Shown here in pieces: positions 1 to 13,215 of a DNA stretch of 64,000 nt. The translations under genes were made by a program, and so were the position numbers. The DNA comes from Octopus sinensis (lineage: Eukaryota), in NCBI RefSeq assembly GCF_006345805.1, contig NC_043015.1, forward strand, positions 49,414,001 to 49,478,000. The letters run 5' to 3'. Within the stretch, counting starts at the first letter, position 1; every line of letters starts with the position of its first letter. A model generated the notes under the pieces. It had not been told where the DNA came from, searched no databases, and worked only from the letters and a program-made list of their open reading frames with translations.

Positions 1-469
1 ACATTTATCGCCGTGGTAGTGTAAAACGGAAGTAGTAGTAGTGGTGGTGAAATATCTGTTTGTTGAATGTTGTATATTTTATACGGATGGCTTCTGCTTT
101 TTAAAAGCGTATTCTTTAAGGAGGAATCGCAATAAAATAGTTCAGATAGATATCCACGCTAATCAGAACTGACGCCGATTTCATAGCGATGATCTGTTGG
201 AGGTAAACATCTAATCTAATTTGTCCATTGTTAAGATGTTTTTTCTTCCGTTCTCTCCCCCCTCTCTCTCTCTTTCTATCTATTTCTTTCTTTTCCCGTT
301 GTTTTATCCGGTGAGAGAGAAATAGAGACCTGCACTATCAATAATGATGCGCAATTCTTGTAGTATTTTGTGTCACACGAACGAACGAACGAACCATAAT
401 GTTTGTTATTTAATCAGATTCATCAACGAAACACACTGGATACAGTTAGTTGTTGGCTTCTAAACGAAA

Positions 470-805
470 AAAGGAGGACAGAGAGGGAAAGCGAGAGAGT
501 GAGGGAGGGGGAGAAGGAGAGAGTGAAGAAGAGGAGAGGGGACGTAGGGAGAGGGAGAGGGAGGGAGATAGTGAAGGAGAGAAAGAAGGAGAGGGGAGAA
601 AGATGGAGAGGAGAGAGAGATGGAGAGGAGGGAGAGATGGAGAGGAGAGAGAGATGGAGAGGAGAGAGAAAAGGAAACAGAGAGGGGAAGAAAGAGAGAG
701 TTAGGGAGAGAGAATAAGAGAGACGAGGAGAGAGAAAGAGGGAGAGAGAGGGAGAGAAGGGAAGATGGAGAGAGAGAAGGAGAGAGAGAGAGGAGAGAGA
801 GAAAG

Positions 806-855
<50 letters not shown>

Positions 856-860
856 AGCTG
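470..860. repeat. GA-rich low-complexity tract / (GA)n
   Basis: Purine-only GAGA/GGAGA repeats. Confidence 0.95.
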
Positions 861-972
861 ACTGAACTAAATTTTTTCACCAAACTTTCGGCTTCTCGTC
901 TGATGGAACGAACATCTTGGGACCGAATGCCATAGAACTATCTGAACAATTTGGAAAACGAAAGGGTCTCTA

Positions 973-1348
973 TGTAGGAATGGCTGTGTGGTAAGTAGCT
1001 TGCTTACCAACCACATGGTTCCGGGTTCAGTCCCACTGCGTCGCACCTTGGGCAAGTGTCTTCTACTATAACCTTAGGCCGACCAAAGCCTTGTGAGTGG
1101 ATTTAGTAGACGGAAACTGAAAGAAGCCTGTCGTATGTGTATATGTTTGTGTGTCTGTGTTTGTCCCCCACAACATCGTTTGACAACCGATGCTGGTGTG
1201 TTTACGTCGCCGTAACTAGCGGTTCGGCAAAAAGAGTGCGTAAGTAGAAAAATAAGTACTAGGCTACAAAGATAAGTCCTCGACTAAAGGCGGTGCTCCA
1301 GCATAATCGCAGTCAAATGACTGAAACAAGTAAAAGAGTAAAAGAGTA
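973..1348 (+). mobile_element. SINE-A: tRNA-derived SINE with CORE-like segment
   Basis: A box TGGCTGTGTGG, B box GGTTCAGTCCC, ACCTTGGGCAAGT motif, tail (GTAAAAGA)n; more than 20 similar copies in the window. Confidence 0.9.
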
Positions 1349-1356
1349 TGTAGTCG

Positions 1357-1456
1357 NNNNNNNNNNNNNNNNNNNNNNNNNNNNNNNNNNNNNNNNNNNN
1401 NNNNNNNNNNNNNNNNNNNNNNNNNNNNNNNNNNNNNNNNNNNNNNNNNNNNNNNN
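1357..1456. other. Assembly gap (100 N)
   Basis: Run of N. Confidence 1.
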
Positions 1457-1636
1457 TGGGCCCCACCTGCAAGGTCATGTGCTGTTTATCTTGATATGAG
1501 ATCACCATGTCGCGCACATATGGTTGTGATGCATGTGCATGGTGTACCTTTATCAGACGGGTAGTCATGATGTGTATATTGGGCTTCGTATATTTTACCC
1601 CAGTGTCACTTTGAGGCATACACTGCTCTCTCACTC
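1457..1636 (+). mobile_element. Element X 3' part (non-coding, TAA-tailed repeat)
   Basis: Reverse complement of 20562-20740; ends CTGCTCTCTCACTC followed by (AAT)n. Confidence 0.8.
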
Positions 1637-1667
1637 AATAATAATAATAAAAATAATAATAATATTT

Positions 1668-1900
1668 ATTTCTTTATTGCCCTCAGGGGGCTAAACATAG
1701 AGGGGACAAGCAAGGACTGACAAGGGGATTAAGTCGATTTACATCGACCCCAGTGATTAACTAGTACTTATTTAATCGACCCCGAAAGGATGAAAGGCAA
1801 AGTCGACCTCGGCGGAATTTGAACTCAGAACGTAAACGGCGGACGAAATACCGCTAGGTATTTCGCCCGGCGTGCTAACGTTTCTGCTAAGCTCGCCACC
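1668..1900 (-). mobile_element. SINE-B: tRNA-derived SINE with Meta-like central domain
   Basis: Head GGCGAGCT.GCAGAAACGTTAGC, B box GAGTTCAAATTCC, GCCTTTCATCCTTTCGGGGTCGAT..AAGTAC domain. Confidence 0.9.
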
Positions 1901-1902
1901 TT

Positions 1903-1918
1903 AATTAATAATAATGAT

Positions 1919-1958
<40 letters not shown>

Positions 1959-1978
1959 GTAGTAGTAGTAGTAGTAGT

Positions 1979-2054
<76 letters not shown>

Positions 2055-2073
2055 ACGACAATAATAATAATAA
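1903..2073. repeat. Compound (TAA)n/(TAG)n/(CAG)n microsatellite
   Basis: Direct reading. Confidence 0.95.
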
Positions 2074-2360
2074 TACAAAAGGAAACACGATAAACCAGAG
2101 GGAACACACAAGGAGGTACGATAACATTAGTTTGTTCACTGAGGACTCTGTGGGAAGTACGGTCTTGAAAGAATACAGAAATGGTACGAACATAAAACAA
2201 GACGGCGTCATCACGAAGAATAATGAGTATCAGTCAATCTAGTGTGCCTCAGTGGTTCATGCTCGGAGACCAGACATTGTTGTAGTGGATTAAAAAGGAA
2301 GAAGGAAAACAGGATAATAGATATATAAAGGATTGCGGTAACTCCTCAGAAGATATAGAG
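2074..2360 (+). pseudogene. Decayed R4/Dong RLE-region fragment
   Basis: Broken translation RRYDN..LCGKYGLERIQKWYEH..HARRPDIVVVD..IIDI; starts right after the TAA array. Confidence 0.65.
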
Positions 2361-2443
2361 TCAAAATTAAAAGAAGAGTGCCATTGTCATCTAGATGACA
2401 ATGGCGGCACTCTTCTTTCAATTTTGATATTATTATTATTATT

Positions 2444-2647
2444 GGCGGCGAGCTGGCAGAATCGTTCGCACGCCGGGCAAAATACTTAGCGGCATTTCGT
2501 CCGTCTTTACGTTCAGAGTTCAAATTACGCCTATGTTGACCTTGCCTTTCATCCTTTCGGGGTCGATAAAACAGTTGCCAGTTGAACATTGGTAATCGAC
2601 TTATCTCTTGACCCAAAATTGCTGGCTTTGTACCAAAAATTTGAAAC
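2444..2647 (+). mobile_element. SINE-B copy
   Basis: GGCGGCGAGCTGGCAGAATCG head, Meta-like domain, tail TTGTACCAAAAATTTGAAAC followed by (ATT)n. Confidence 0.85.
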
Positions 2648-2664
2648 TATCTTTATTATTATTA

Positions 2665-2777
2665 TGTTTTTTCCTTCTTTCTTCAAATTTTCTTCCGTTC
2701 CTCGCCGAGTGTTATCCATACACCTAGGGCAGAGAAGCTCATTGTATGTATTCCCAGATTACACGCGCAAATTCACA
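2665..2777 (-). mobile_element. Dong-1b 3' UTR end (heavily 5'-truncated)
   Basis: Near-identical to 58832-58946; resembles the Dong-1 3' end GGAAGAAAATTTGAAAGAA. Confidence 0.8.
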
Positions 2778-3021
2778 ATTGTTTCATTAATCATTCCGGT
2801 TTATCACTCAATCAGTTATGCTTGCCAAAGTTCTTTCGTTGCTATTCGTGACCTCATAGGTGTATGTAAGTAGGAATGTGGATACAGTAATATAATACGA
2901 GGGAAATAGAGACGAAAAGACTTTGACAAACGGAACCGATTGATTGATTAATCGATTAAGTGATTTACTGATTGATTAGTCGAATGATTAACTAAGCAAT
3001 TGATTAATTAATTGGTCAAAT

Positions 3022-3396
3022 ATTCTTTTCTACTGTAGGCACAAGGCCCGAAATTTGGGTGAGGGTGCCAGTCGATTCGATCGATCTCAGTACGCAACTA
3101 GTACTTAATTTATCGACCCCGAAAGGATGAAAGGCAAAGTCGACCTCGGCGGAATTTGAACTCAGAACATAGAAGGCAGACGAAATACCTATTTCTTTAC
3201 TACCCACAGAGGGGACAAACAAGGACAGACAAACGGATTAAGCCGATTACATCGACCCCAGTGCGAAATTGGTACTTTATTTATCGACCCCGAAAGGATG
3301 AAAGGCAAAGTCAACCTCGGCGGAATTTGAACTCAGAACATAAAGACAGACGAAATACCGCCAAGCATTTTGCTCGACTTGCTAACGTTTCTGGCT
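3022..3396 (-). mobile_element. SINE-B with internal tandem duplication
   Basis: Two copies of the Meta-like/B-box block. Confidence 0.85.
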
Positions 3397-3417
3397 TCTT
3401 CTATAGTCTCTGATAAT

Positions 3418-3640
3418 AAAACCTTGAGAGTAGATTTGGTATGTGTCTGTGTGTCTGTGTGTGTTGTGTTTGTTGTGTGTGTATGTGTGTGTGTTGCCTT
3501 TATGTCTGTCCCTCACCACCGCTTGACAACTGGTGCTTCTGTGTTTACGTCCCCGTAACTTAGCGGTTCTGCAAAAAAGATTGATAGCCTAAGTACCAGG
3601 CTTACATAAAAAAAATAATAATAATAAAATTAAGTACGGG
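3418..3640 (+). mobile_element. SINE-A partial, diverged
   Basis: CGCTTGACAAC..GTGTTTACGTCCCCGTAACTTAGCGGTTC block. Confidence 0.7.
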
Positions 3641-4093
3641 GACGATTCGAATAACAAGGAAATGAAAATAGAACCAGTACGTGTGTTTATTATTGGCATA
3701 ATGACCCAACCAAGAAAAAAAAGAATGAATGTAGTACTCAGGTTCGAACTATAGTTAAGTACCAGGCTCGCATAAAAAAAATAATAATAATAAAAATTAA
3801 GTACTGGGGACGATTCGAATAACAAGGAAGTGAAAATAGAACCAGTACGTGTGTTTATTATTGGCATAATGACCCAACCGAGAAAAAAAAGAATGAATGT
3901 AGTACTCAGGTTCGAACTATAGTTAAGTACCAGGCTTGCATAAAAAAAAAATATAAAAAATTAAGTACTTGGGACGATTCGAATAACAAGGAAGTGAAAC
4001 TAGAACCAGTACGTGTGTTTATTATTGGCATAATGACCCAACCGAGTAAAAAAAGAAAATAGGAGAATGAATGTAGTATTCAGGTTCAAACTA
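3590..4093. repeat. Tandem repeat, ~167-bp unit x3
   Basis: Units start TAAGTACCAGG at 3590, 3756 and 3924. Confidence 0.9.
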
Positions 4094-4724
4094 CAATCTC
4101 CGTTTCCTCCATTTAGTTTGGAGCAGAATCCCGGTAATTATTCAAATCCGAGTTGAAAATCGTGATTTCAGAGATACAGAACGCACCTCATTACCGTCTT
4201 TTACATCCTAGCAACCATCAACCATCAACCCCGCTAGCGTGCTTGCTTGCTCGCTCGCCGCCACCGCGCGCTGGGAGAGAGAGAGAGAGAGGGGGTAGGG
4301 GTAGGGGGGTAGATCACCCTTTCTGCTACAGACTCGGTTAAACTAAACACTATTCAATATAGATCTGACACTTTCTACTTCTATTGTTCGTGACAAGTCT
4401 CCATAATAGTCTTAATCATTACAAAACACTAACTGATCTCCAGCACGATTCATGATCAGAGGTGGAAAAGAAGAAAAAAAAACCAAAAAAAAAAAACAAA
4501 AACAAAAACAAAAAAAAGAAGCCTTTGAAATCTCAAGAATTCCTCAGCTTTTAGTCACAGGCATTTATCGGTTCTCTTCACTTTCACGCGTGCGCGCGCA
4601 CGCACGAGCACGTACACATACACACACAAATATACACGCATACGAAATTACTACAGACACGAACACACACACACATACCCGAAATTACAACAGACATGTT
4701 AGTTAAGTAACAGACTTTACAGTA

Positions 4725-4982
4725 ATGCAATATAGCATGTATATATGTATATATATATGTGTGTGTGTGTGTGTGTATGTATGCATATATGTATGTATGT
4801 ACTTATATGTATTTAGATATATTCACACATACATACATGCACACATACACACATACATACTAGTCTGTATAGCGTGTGTATATATCAATGTCTGTCTGAC
4901 TCTTTTTTTTATTTCTCTCTCTCTCTAATCACTGTCTGTCTCTACTGTCTCTCTCTCTCTCTATGTATATATATATATAATA

Positions 4983-5016
<34 letters not shown>

Positions 5017-5058
5017 CTATATATTATATATACACACATATATATATATATTCTATAC

Positions 5059-5091
<33 letters not shown>

Positions 5092-5400
5092 GTATATATA
5101 TACACACATATATATTACATATACGTCTATCAAGCTGTCTATATATATATATATGTATATGTTATAATATATTATAATTGTATATATATATATATTCTAT
5201 ATATATATATATATAATATATATATAATAATATATGTATGCACATGTACATATACTTTATATATGCATGCGTATACATATGTATATATAATCTAATTTAT
5301 GTATACACACTATATATAATGCATGTATATATATGTATATGCGCATGTGTGAGTGCGTGTGTCTTTACGCGTGCATGTAAGTGGAGGATGATGTATGTAC
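4725..5400. repeat. (TA)n/(CA)n/(CT)n low-complexity tract
   Basis: Direct reading. Confidence 0.9.
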
Positions 5401-5654
5401 ATTACAAACAAAGAGCAATAAGTGACTCTCAGGAATCCATAACGTGAAATAAAGTTCAGTATCTACTTTTTTAAATAACAATTATTTTGAATTTTTGTCG
5501 AAGTTTCAAAATCATTGCTTGTCGAAATTTCGAGGCTATTGTGTTTGCATATACATATACATACACATATATGTTTGTGAGTATGTATATCAGTACATAT
5601 GTATAGAGAGAGAGAGAAAGAGAGAGAAAAGGAACACAGAAAACGTAGGCTTTA

Positions 5655-5751
5655 CATAGTTTACACGTGTTTCAGTAAGACTGCATTAGTTACGTAAGTC
5701 GGTGGGCAATATTGAACAACAATTCAGCCGGCTCACTTCGTCAGGCTTATC
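5655..5751 (-). ncRNA. Candidate minimal type I hammerhead ribozyme with long stem II insert
   Basis: CTGACGA-AGTGAG..CTTACT-GAAA-CACGTG-TA; palindromic stem III ACACGTGT; stem I poorly paired. Confidence 0.5.
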
Positions 5752-5904
5752 AGAAAATATATGTTGGCTGTTGGCAAACCACAATGGGCATAGAAATGCA
5801 GTGTGGAACTTGTCTACCGTGCACAAAACTTTGAGTAACGGAAGTGTCATACATTTCGGCGTACGATTTGAAGAGTGCTACATATACATACATATATACA
5901 TATA

Positions 5905-5963
5905 TACTGGGCTTCGTGTATTTTACCTCAGTGTCACTTTGATTGCCTGCGCTGCTCTCACTC
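5905..5963 (+). mobile_element. Element X 3' tip
   Basis: TGGGCTTCGT..CAGTGTCACTTTGAT..CTCTCACTC followed by (AAT)n. Confidence 0.7.
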
Positions 5964-6502
5964 AATAATAATAATAATAATAATAATAATATAATGGTGA
6001 TGATAGTGAGAGACTAAGGATCGTGTTAGCGTAAATTGCAGAACATTCCTGACAGGAATTTGCACTGCAAACGTATGCATTGTAACTTCTCTATGATGAT
6101 ATATATGTATGCACATGTGTGCATGTGTGTGTGCGTGTGTGCGTGTATGCATGCATGTGCGTGCGTACGTGTGTGTGTGTGTGTTAGTGTGTGTATTTAC
6201 GTATACTCCACCACTGTATGTATTGTATTAAGCCTATGTGTTGATACGTACCTGTGTGTGTGTGTGCATGTCTTCCACGAATATAACTGTTATCCTAATC
6301 TTACATGTTGGTAAGTACGTGTTTAGTGTATGTCTGTCTATATGTGTATGCGTGTGTGTGTGTGTGTGTGAGTGTCTTCCATCAATGTATTTGTTATATT
6401 AAGCTTATATATTCATACGTATGTGTATACATGTGTGTGTGTGTGTGTGTGTGTGCCTTCCATGAATATAACTACCATATTAAACCTATACGTTGATGTG
6501 TA

Positions 6503-6664
6503 AGCGTAGGAGTGGCTGTGTGGTAAGTAGCTTGCTTACGAAATACATGGTTCCAGGTTCAGTCCCACTGCGTGGCACCTTGGGCAACTCTCTTCTACTA
6601 TAGCTTCGGGCCGACCAAAGCCTTGTGAGTGGATTTGGTAGACGGAAACTGAAAGAAGTCCGTC

Positions 6665-6695
<31 letters not shown>

Positions 6696-6924
6696 CGTGT
6701 GTATATGTTTGTGTGTCTGTGTTTGTCTCCCCAACATCGCTTGACAACCGATGCTGGTGTGTTTACGTCCCCGTAACTTAGCGGTTCGGCAAAAAAGAAC
6801 GATAGAATAAGTACTATTCTAACAAAGAATAAGTCCTGGGGTCGATTTGCTCGACTGAAGGCAGTGCTTCAGCATGGCCACAGTCAAATGACTGAAACAA
6901 GTAAAAGAGTAAAAGAGTAAAAGA
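6503..6924 (+). mobile_element. SINE-A full length
   Basis: A/B boxes, internal (TA)/(TG) run, (GTAAAAGA)n tail. Confidence 0.9.
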
Positions 6925-7099
6925 ATGTGTATGTATGTGTTTCATCAATATATCTGTTATAATAACCCGATATGTTGGTATGTGCTTGTGACCATATACG
7001 TGTGTGTTCTGCCAATGTATGCCATATTAATGATATACGATGTTGGCATGCATCTGTATCTTTTGTTTCCTGTATCTTTAGATGTGTGTGTGTGTGTGT

Positions 7100-7688
7100 G
7101 TGTGTGTATGCTTGTTCCATCAATGTATCTATTATAGTAATCTATATGTTGATATATATATGCGATATATATATATGTAGGCATGTATGTCTTCCATCAG
7201 TATAAGGTGACGTGTGTGTGTGTTTTTGTATGTGTGTGTGTTGTGTGTGTGTGTGTGTGTGTATGTATGAGTGTGTGTCTTCCATCAATATACGTGGCTG
7301 TGTGTGTGTGTGTTGTGTATGTGTATGTGTGTTTGTCCCATCAATGTATCGTTATATTATCTATATGTTGATATATATATATATATTATATATATAATTG
7401 TTTGTGTGTGTTTGTGTGTGTGTGTGTGTATGCTTGTTCCATCATGTATCTATTATAGTAATCTATATTTGATATATATATGCGATATATATATATGTAG
7501 GCATGTATGTCTTCCATCAGTATAAGGTGACGTGTGTGTGTGTGTTTTGTATGTGTGTGTGTTGTGGTGGTGTGTGTGTATGTATGAGTGTGTGTCTTCC
7601 ATCAATATACGGTGCTGTGTGTGTGTGTGTTGTGTATGTGTATGTGTGGTTTTGTCCATCAATGTATCTATTATATTAATCTATATGT

Positions 7689-7760
<72 letters not shown>

Positions 7761-8022
7761 CTTGTTCCATCAATGTATCTATTATAGTAATCTATATGTT
7801 GATATATATATGCGATATATATATATGTAGGCATGTATGTCTTCCATCAGTATAAGGTGACGTGTGTGTGTGTTTTTGTATGTGTGTGTGTTGTGTGTGT
7901 GTGTGTGTGTGTATGTATGAGTGTGTGTCTTCCATCAATATACGTGGCTGTGTGTGTGTGTGTTGTGTATGTGTATGTGTGTTTGTCCCATCAATGTATC
8001 TATTATATTAATCTATATGTTG

Positions 8023-8053
<31 letters not shown>

Positions 8054-8440
8054 GTGTGTGTGTGTGTGTGTGTGTGTATGCTTGTTCCATCAATGTATCT
8101 ATTATAGTAATCTATATGTTGATATATATATGCGATATATATATATGTAGGCATGTATTGTCTTCCATCAGTATAGGTGACGTGTGTGTGTGTTTTGTAT
8201 GTGTGTGTGTTGTGTGTGTGTGGTGTGTGTGTATGTATGAGTGTTGTCTTCCATCAATATACGTGGCTGTGTGTGTGTGTGTTGTGTATGTGTATGTGTG
8301 TTGTCCCATCAATGTAATCTATTATATAAATCTATATGTTGAATATATATATATAATATATATATATTGTGTTGGTGTGTTGTGTGTGGGTGTGTGTGGT
8401 GTGTATGTTTTTCAACCCATGTAAATCTATTATATTAATT
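7100..8440. repeat. Higher-order tandem repeat, ~320-330-bp unit x4, microsatellite-derived
   Basis: GTATGCTTGTTCCATCA..TATTATAGTAATCTATA recurs near 7107, 7428, 7757 and 8077. Confidence 0.85.
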
Positions 8441-8962
8441 GTGAAACGCACGCCATGAATGGATATGCTATGAAACGTTAGAAGAAAACAAAACAAAAAA
8501 AAAAAAACAACGCTAAAACAAGTAAATCCATTTTTCGAAAACTATATTCCTATATTTGGAAGTTGATATCGAACCGATCATTTTCTTCACGAGGAATCGT
8601 TTACCGTTCTTACTGTTTCAGATAAATTGGAAACTTGATGATAATAATCTGATCATAGAACTGAATGGCCGTTGCAGTGTTTTTTAACCATTGCAAAAGA
8701 AGAAATATATATCGCTATTTATATGGAAATGTCACACATGATATCATTGTTTATTGCTATCGCTCGTCGCACAAACGCACCATTTATCGTGAGTCAAAGA
8801 TACGTCAACACCACCCACGGAGTAGATAGCTTAAAAACTGTTAGGTCGCTGTTCTCCTTGTTCTATCTATCTAAGCTTGCTGTTTTTTACACCAGCCAAG
8901 CAACACGTTTCGTTGTCCTGTTGTCCTTCTGTTTCTAATCCTTTATGTTATCCTTCCTGGCC

Positions 8963-9050
8963 AGTCCTGGATTAACCATTAAGCAAAATAAACACATGCT
9001 TAGAACATCAAGGGAAGGAGTGGGGGGGGGCACCACAGAAATGGTAAATG
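8963..9050. mobile_element. Possible hAT-like DNA transposon terminus
   Basis: CAGTCCTGGATTAACCA resembles CAGGGCCGGATTAA-type ends; no partner TIR seen. Confidence 0.3.
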
Positions 9051-9110
9051 TTTTACGACACAAATGAAATCACTTTAAAGTTGCTAAAATAACATTCAGG
9101 ATGCCTTTAA

Positions 9111-9702
9111 AGTGGCGAGCTGGCAGAATCGTTAGCACGCCGGGTGAAATACGTAGCCGTATTTCGTCTGCCGTTACGTTATGAGTTCAAATCCTGCCGA
9201 GGTCGACTTTGCCTTTCATCCTTTCAGGGTCGATAAATAAGTACCAGTTACGCACTGGGGTCGTGTAATCGACTTAATACCTATGTCTGTCCTTGTTTGT
9301 CCCCTCTGTGTTTAGCCCCTTGTGGGTAATAAAGAAATAGGTATTTCGTCTGTTTAGACGTTCTGAGTTCAAACTCCGCCGAGATCGACTTTGCCTTTCA
9401 TCCTTTCGGGGACGATAAAATAAGTACCAGTTATACATTGGGTCGATGTAATCGACTTAATCCGTTTGTCTGTCCTTGTTTGTCCCCTCTGTGTTTAGCC
9501 CCTTGTGGGTAGTAAAGAAATAGGTATTTTGTTTGCCGAGAAGGCGGCGAGCTGGCAGAAACGTTAGCACGCCGGGCGAAATGCATAGCCGTATTTCGTC
9601 TGCCGTCGCTTTCTGAGTTCAAATTCCGCCGAGGTCGACTTTGCCTTTCATCATTTCGGGATTGATAAATTAAATACCAGTTGCATACTGGTGTCGATCT
9701 AA
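9111..9702 (+). mobile_element. Two adjacent SINE-B copies (second head at 9543), first internally duplicated
   Basis: Three Meta-like blocks, two tRNA-like heads. Confidence 0.88.
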
Positions 9703-9873
9703 TATGCCAATATCAAAGACCGCAGTTAGCAGCAATATCAAGACTACGAACACAACCACAAGCTACTCCACCAATACCACCACTACAACGAACGAAATTA
9801 TAATAAAAATGGCAACAATATCAACAATAATACATTCGCTGCAACGGCGACGAAAAGTAAAGAATTTTTCAAA

Positions 9874-10452
9874 ATGGATCTTCTTCTGAAAGACATGTAT
9901 CTAAGTGAGGCAGCTGAATTAATAATGCTGGAGAAAGCGCGGGTGGATATTCCCATCCCCACCCGATATGTTGGCAGTCAGAAGGAATAAGAAATAACAG
10001 TGATGTACAAATGCATTTCGGTAAACACAAAGCGGCCAGAGATGGCTAACCTGGCGGACGTGGAAAGTGCACTGAAGAATCTGTATGTATCGAGGGCAAA
10101 GCAGTTTGCAGACATTTCAGCGCTCTTTCAATCTTGAGCCCTGGCCGCCAACACTCCGTAGTTCTCTGTCGGAGTGAAAAAATATGTACTCCATCCATCT
10201 TATTTAGGAAAGAGGATGTTGCGCATAATGATTACTGGAATACTACCAGAGGTAAATTTGTGGTGGATTTTAGCGTGTATTGTTTTGGAAGGGAGCAACA
10301 GCCTCCTGAAAGTGAAGATCACTCGTCGCGAAAATTAGTCTGGGACCAATGTGGAGGTGCTCCTTCATATTAAACCAGGAGCAATTCATAAGATCCCAGA
10401 CTTCATGCACCTTCTAGGAGGGGGAAAGCTACACGTTACAGTAGAGGGCAGA
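9874..10452 (+). pseudogene. Decayed ORF1/gag-like fragment of a non-LTR element (L1/Tx1-like?)
   Basis: Coding-like composition with stops; ends IPDFMHLLGGGKLHVTVEGR, a pattern that precedes ORF1 zinc knuckles; cut by a SINE. Confidence 0.4.
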
Positions 10453-10807
10453 AGCCTAGTACTTATTCTATCGGTCTATCTTGCCGAACCGCTAAGTGAC
10501 GGGGACGTGAACACACCAGCATCGGTTGTCAAGCGATGTTTGGGGGACAAACGCAAACACACAAACAACACACACACACACACACACCACACACACACCA
10601 CACACCACACACACACAATATATATATATATATTATATTATACGACGGGCTTCTTTCAGTTTCCGTCTAGCAAATCCACTCACAAGGCTTTTGTCGGCCC
10701 GAAGCTATAGTAGAAGATACTTGCCCAAGGTGCCACACAGCGGGACTGAACCCGGAACCATAAGGTTGGTAAGTAAGTAAGCTACTTACCACAGAGCCAC
10801 TCCGCGC
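10452..10807 (-). mobile_element. SINE-A, 3'-truncated
   Basis: Reverse-complement match to SINE-A. Confidence 0.88.
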
Positions 10808-11217
10808 ATTTCGTTTTTATTCTTCTCTTCCGTTTTACGAATTCAGTGTGCACATGCACATTGTGTGCTCATACTACTCAAAAGTGTTTAGAGATCACAC
10901 CCATCTCACGAACCTGCGCACACGAGGAGCGCCTCGTGCTCCGATGATTGTGAAGGATTTTTCAACGAGTGTGACGTGTTAGGGGCAAATCCCTTTCCGG
11001 TCTTCTTTCAGCGATATTTCACAAGAACGGTGCAAAAACGCGAAATGATTGCGTTCGTCGAAAGGACTCAAGTGGGCTTCAAGAGCTTACCCCTACAACA
11101 CATTCTTGGATACGATAAAAACGCAGTAAGTCTAAGTTTACGGCCGACAAGAACAAACTGCGGCACGCGGCATTTTCCGAATGGCACATCTAATTTCACG
11201 AGGAAAATAAAAAAAGT

Positions 11218-11614
11218 TTTTTACTTGTTTCAGTGATTAGACTGCGGCTACGCTGGAGCACCACCTTGACACGTTTTAGTCGAACGAATCAACACCAGTA
11301 TCTATTATATTTAAAGCCTGGTGCTTACTCTAATGGTTTCTTTATCTGAACTGATAAGATACGGGGACGTAATTATACCAACACCGGTTGTCAAGAGCTG
11401 GTGAGGGACAAACGGACACACATACACACACGCGCACACATTTATGCACACACACATGGTGGACTTCTTTCAGTTTCCGTCTACAAATCCACAAGGTTTT
11501 TTGCCGGCCCGAAGCTATAAAAGAAAAAAACTTGCCCAAGTTGTCACGCAATGGATTTGAACGCGGAACCATGTGCTTAAGGAACAAAATTCTTACCACA
11601 CAACCACACCTGCA
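11218..11614 (-). mobile_element. SINE-A older variant
   Basis: Diverged head, CORE-like segment and tail. Confidence 0.8.
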
Positions 11615-12269
11615 TAATTTTTTTTTTTTTTGTAGTGCGGCCCGCCTGGTGATGATCCACGTTTCAACCGCCCCGTTTCTCGAAAATGGTTGCCCACGCT
11701 TGGTTTACGGTGTAACGACTTCATTCCGATGAAGTCGGACATATAGCCGATTGGTGTTCAGAGATAAAATAACGACATCAAAATATTTTGATATTTACAC
11801 GGCTGCTGGTCACGACAGCGCATTCATAGGAAAATCAAGCAAATTTCAATAATTACATTTAATTAAAATTACTTCAGAAAAGCAACAGAGTTGGCCAAAC
11901 AGCTTGTCTTATTGTTGGTTCTTATTTACACATACATACACATGTAAAACAGATATAAATACATACGTACACACACATATACATATATACATGCCGATAG
12001 ACAGACATACGGACAGACACAGATACATACGCACACATATATGCATACATATGTATACTAGATATCAACATATCAGTACATATACACACATATATATATA
12101 TGTGTGTGTGTGTGTGTGTATACACGCATACGAAAATTTATAAAACGGTGTATATATATATATATATATACCGGAGTAAACACATAAATGTGAAACAAGG
12201 TGGAAAAAAGTATATATATATATATATATATACCTTTTTATGTATCTTATTTTATTTACATTTAAATCC

Positions 12270-12314
<45 letters not shown>

Positions 12315-12449
12315 CCTAGTTGCTTTCTCATATGTATATATATATATATATGTATGTATGTATGTATATATATATGCACATATGTATTTATAAGTACATA
12401 TATATTATGTATACTTTGTATATACATATATCTCTCTCTTTCTGTCTAC

Positions 12450-12487
<38 letters not shown>

Positions 12488-12779
12488 ATATATATTATAT
12501 ATATATATTATTATACATATCTGTGTGTACCTATGTGAGTATATGTTTGTGTGCGTGTGTGCGTGTGTGTATTATGTATACATATATATGTACACACGTA
12601 GACACATACACACACATACGCACACGCATACAGACACACCCATGGATTTCGAAATTATTTATTCGCCAAAACCCGTCAGCTCGTCAATTCGTTTTCCTTT
12701 CATTCCTGAAGAGAGCGTGAGGTAAACAAAGAACGAGGTCTTTGAAAGCAGGAATGGTTCCTCACCCTCTCTCTCTCTC

Positions 12780-13172
12780 TGTCCCTCCCACGCTCACCCT
12801 CACACACACACACACACCACACACACACTCACACCATACACATACACACACACACATCACACACACACATACACACACTCACACACACACACATACACAC
12901 ACATACACACACACATACACACACACGTACACACACACATACACACACATACACACACACATACACACACACTCACACACACACATTCACACACACACTC
13001 ACACACATACACACACACATACACACACACGTACACACACACTCACACACATACACACACACTCACACGCACACACACATACACACACGTACACACACAC
13101 TCACACACATACACACACACTCACACGCACACACACATACACACACACATACACACATACACACACTCGCAC

Positions 13173-13210
<38 letters not shown>
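12780..13210. repeat. Long imperfect (CA)n
   Basis: Direct reading. Confidence 0.95.

Positions 13211-13215
<5 letters not shown>

Noticed and set aside
146-202. Possible small exon (TTCAG..GAG|GTAAAC)
   Set aside because: No polypyrimidine tract and no recognisable peptide; unsupported without transcripts.
973-1045. tRNA genes at SINE heads
   Set aside because: A/B boxes are present but run into SINE bodies, with no clean cloverleaf or terminator.
4200-4320. CpG-rich patch with an RFX-like CCTAGCAAC, possible promoter
   Set aside because: Short motifs occur by chance and no linked gene is visible.
11716-11752. Hairpin CGACTTCAT..ATGAAGTCG with CCGATGA
   Set aside because: No GAAA after the putative stem II; an isolated hairpin only.
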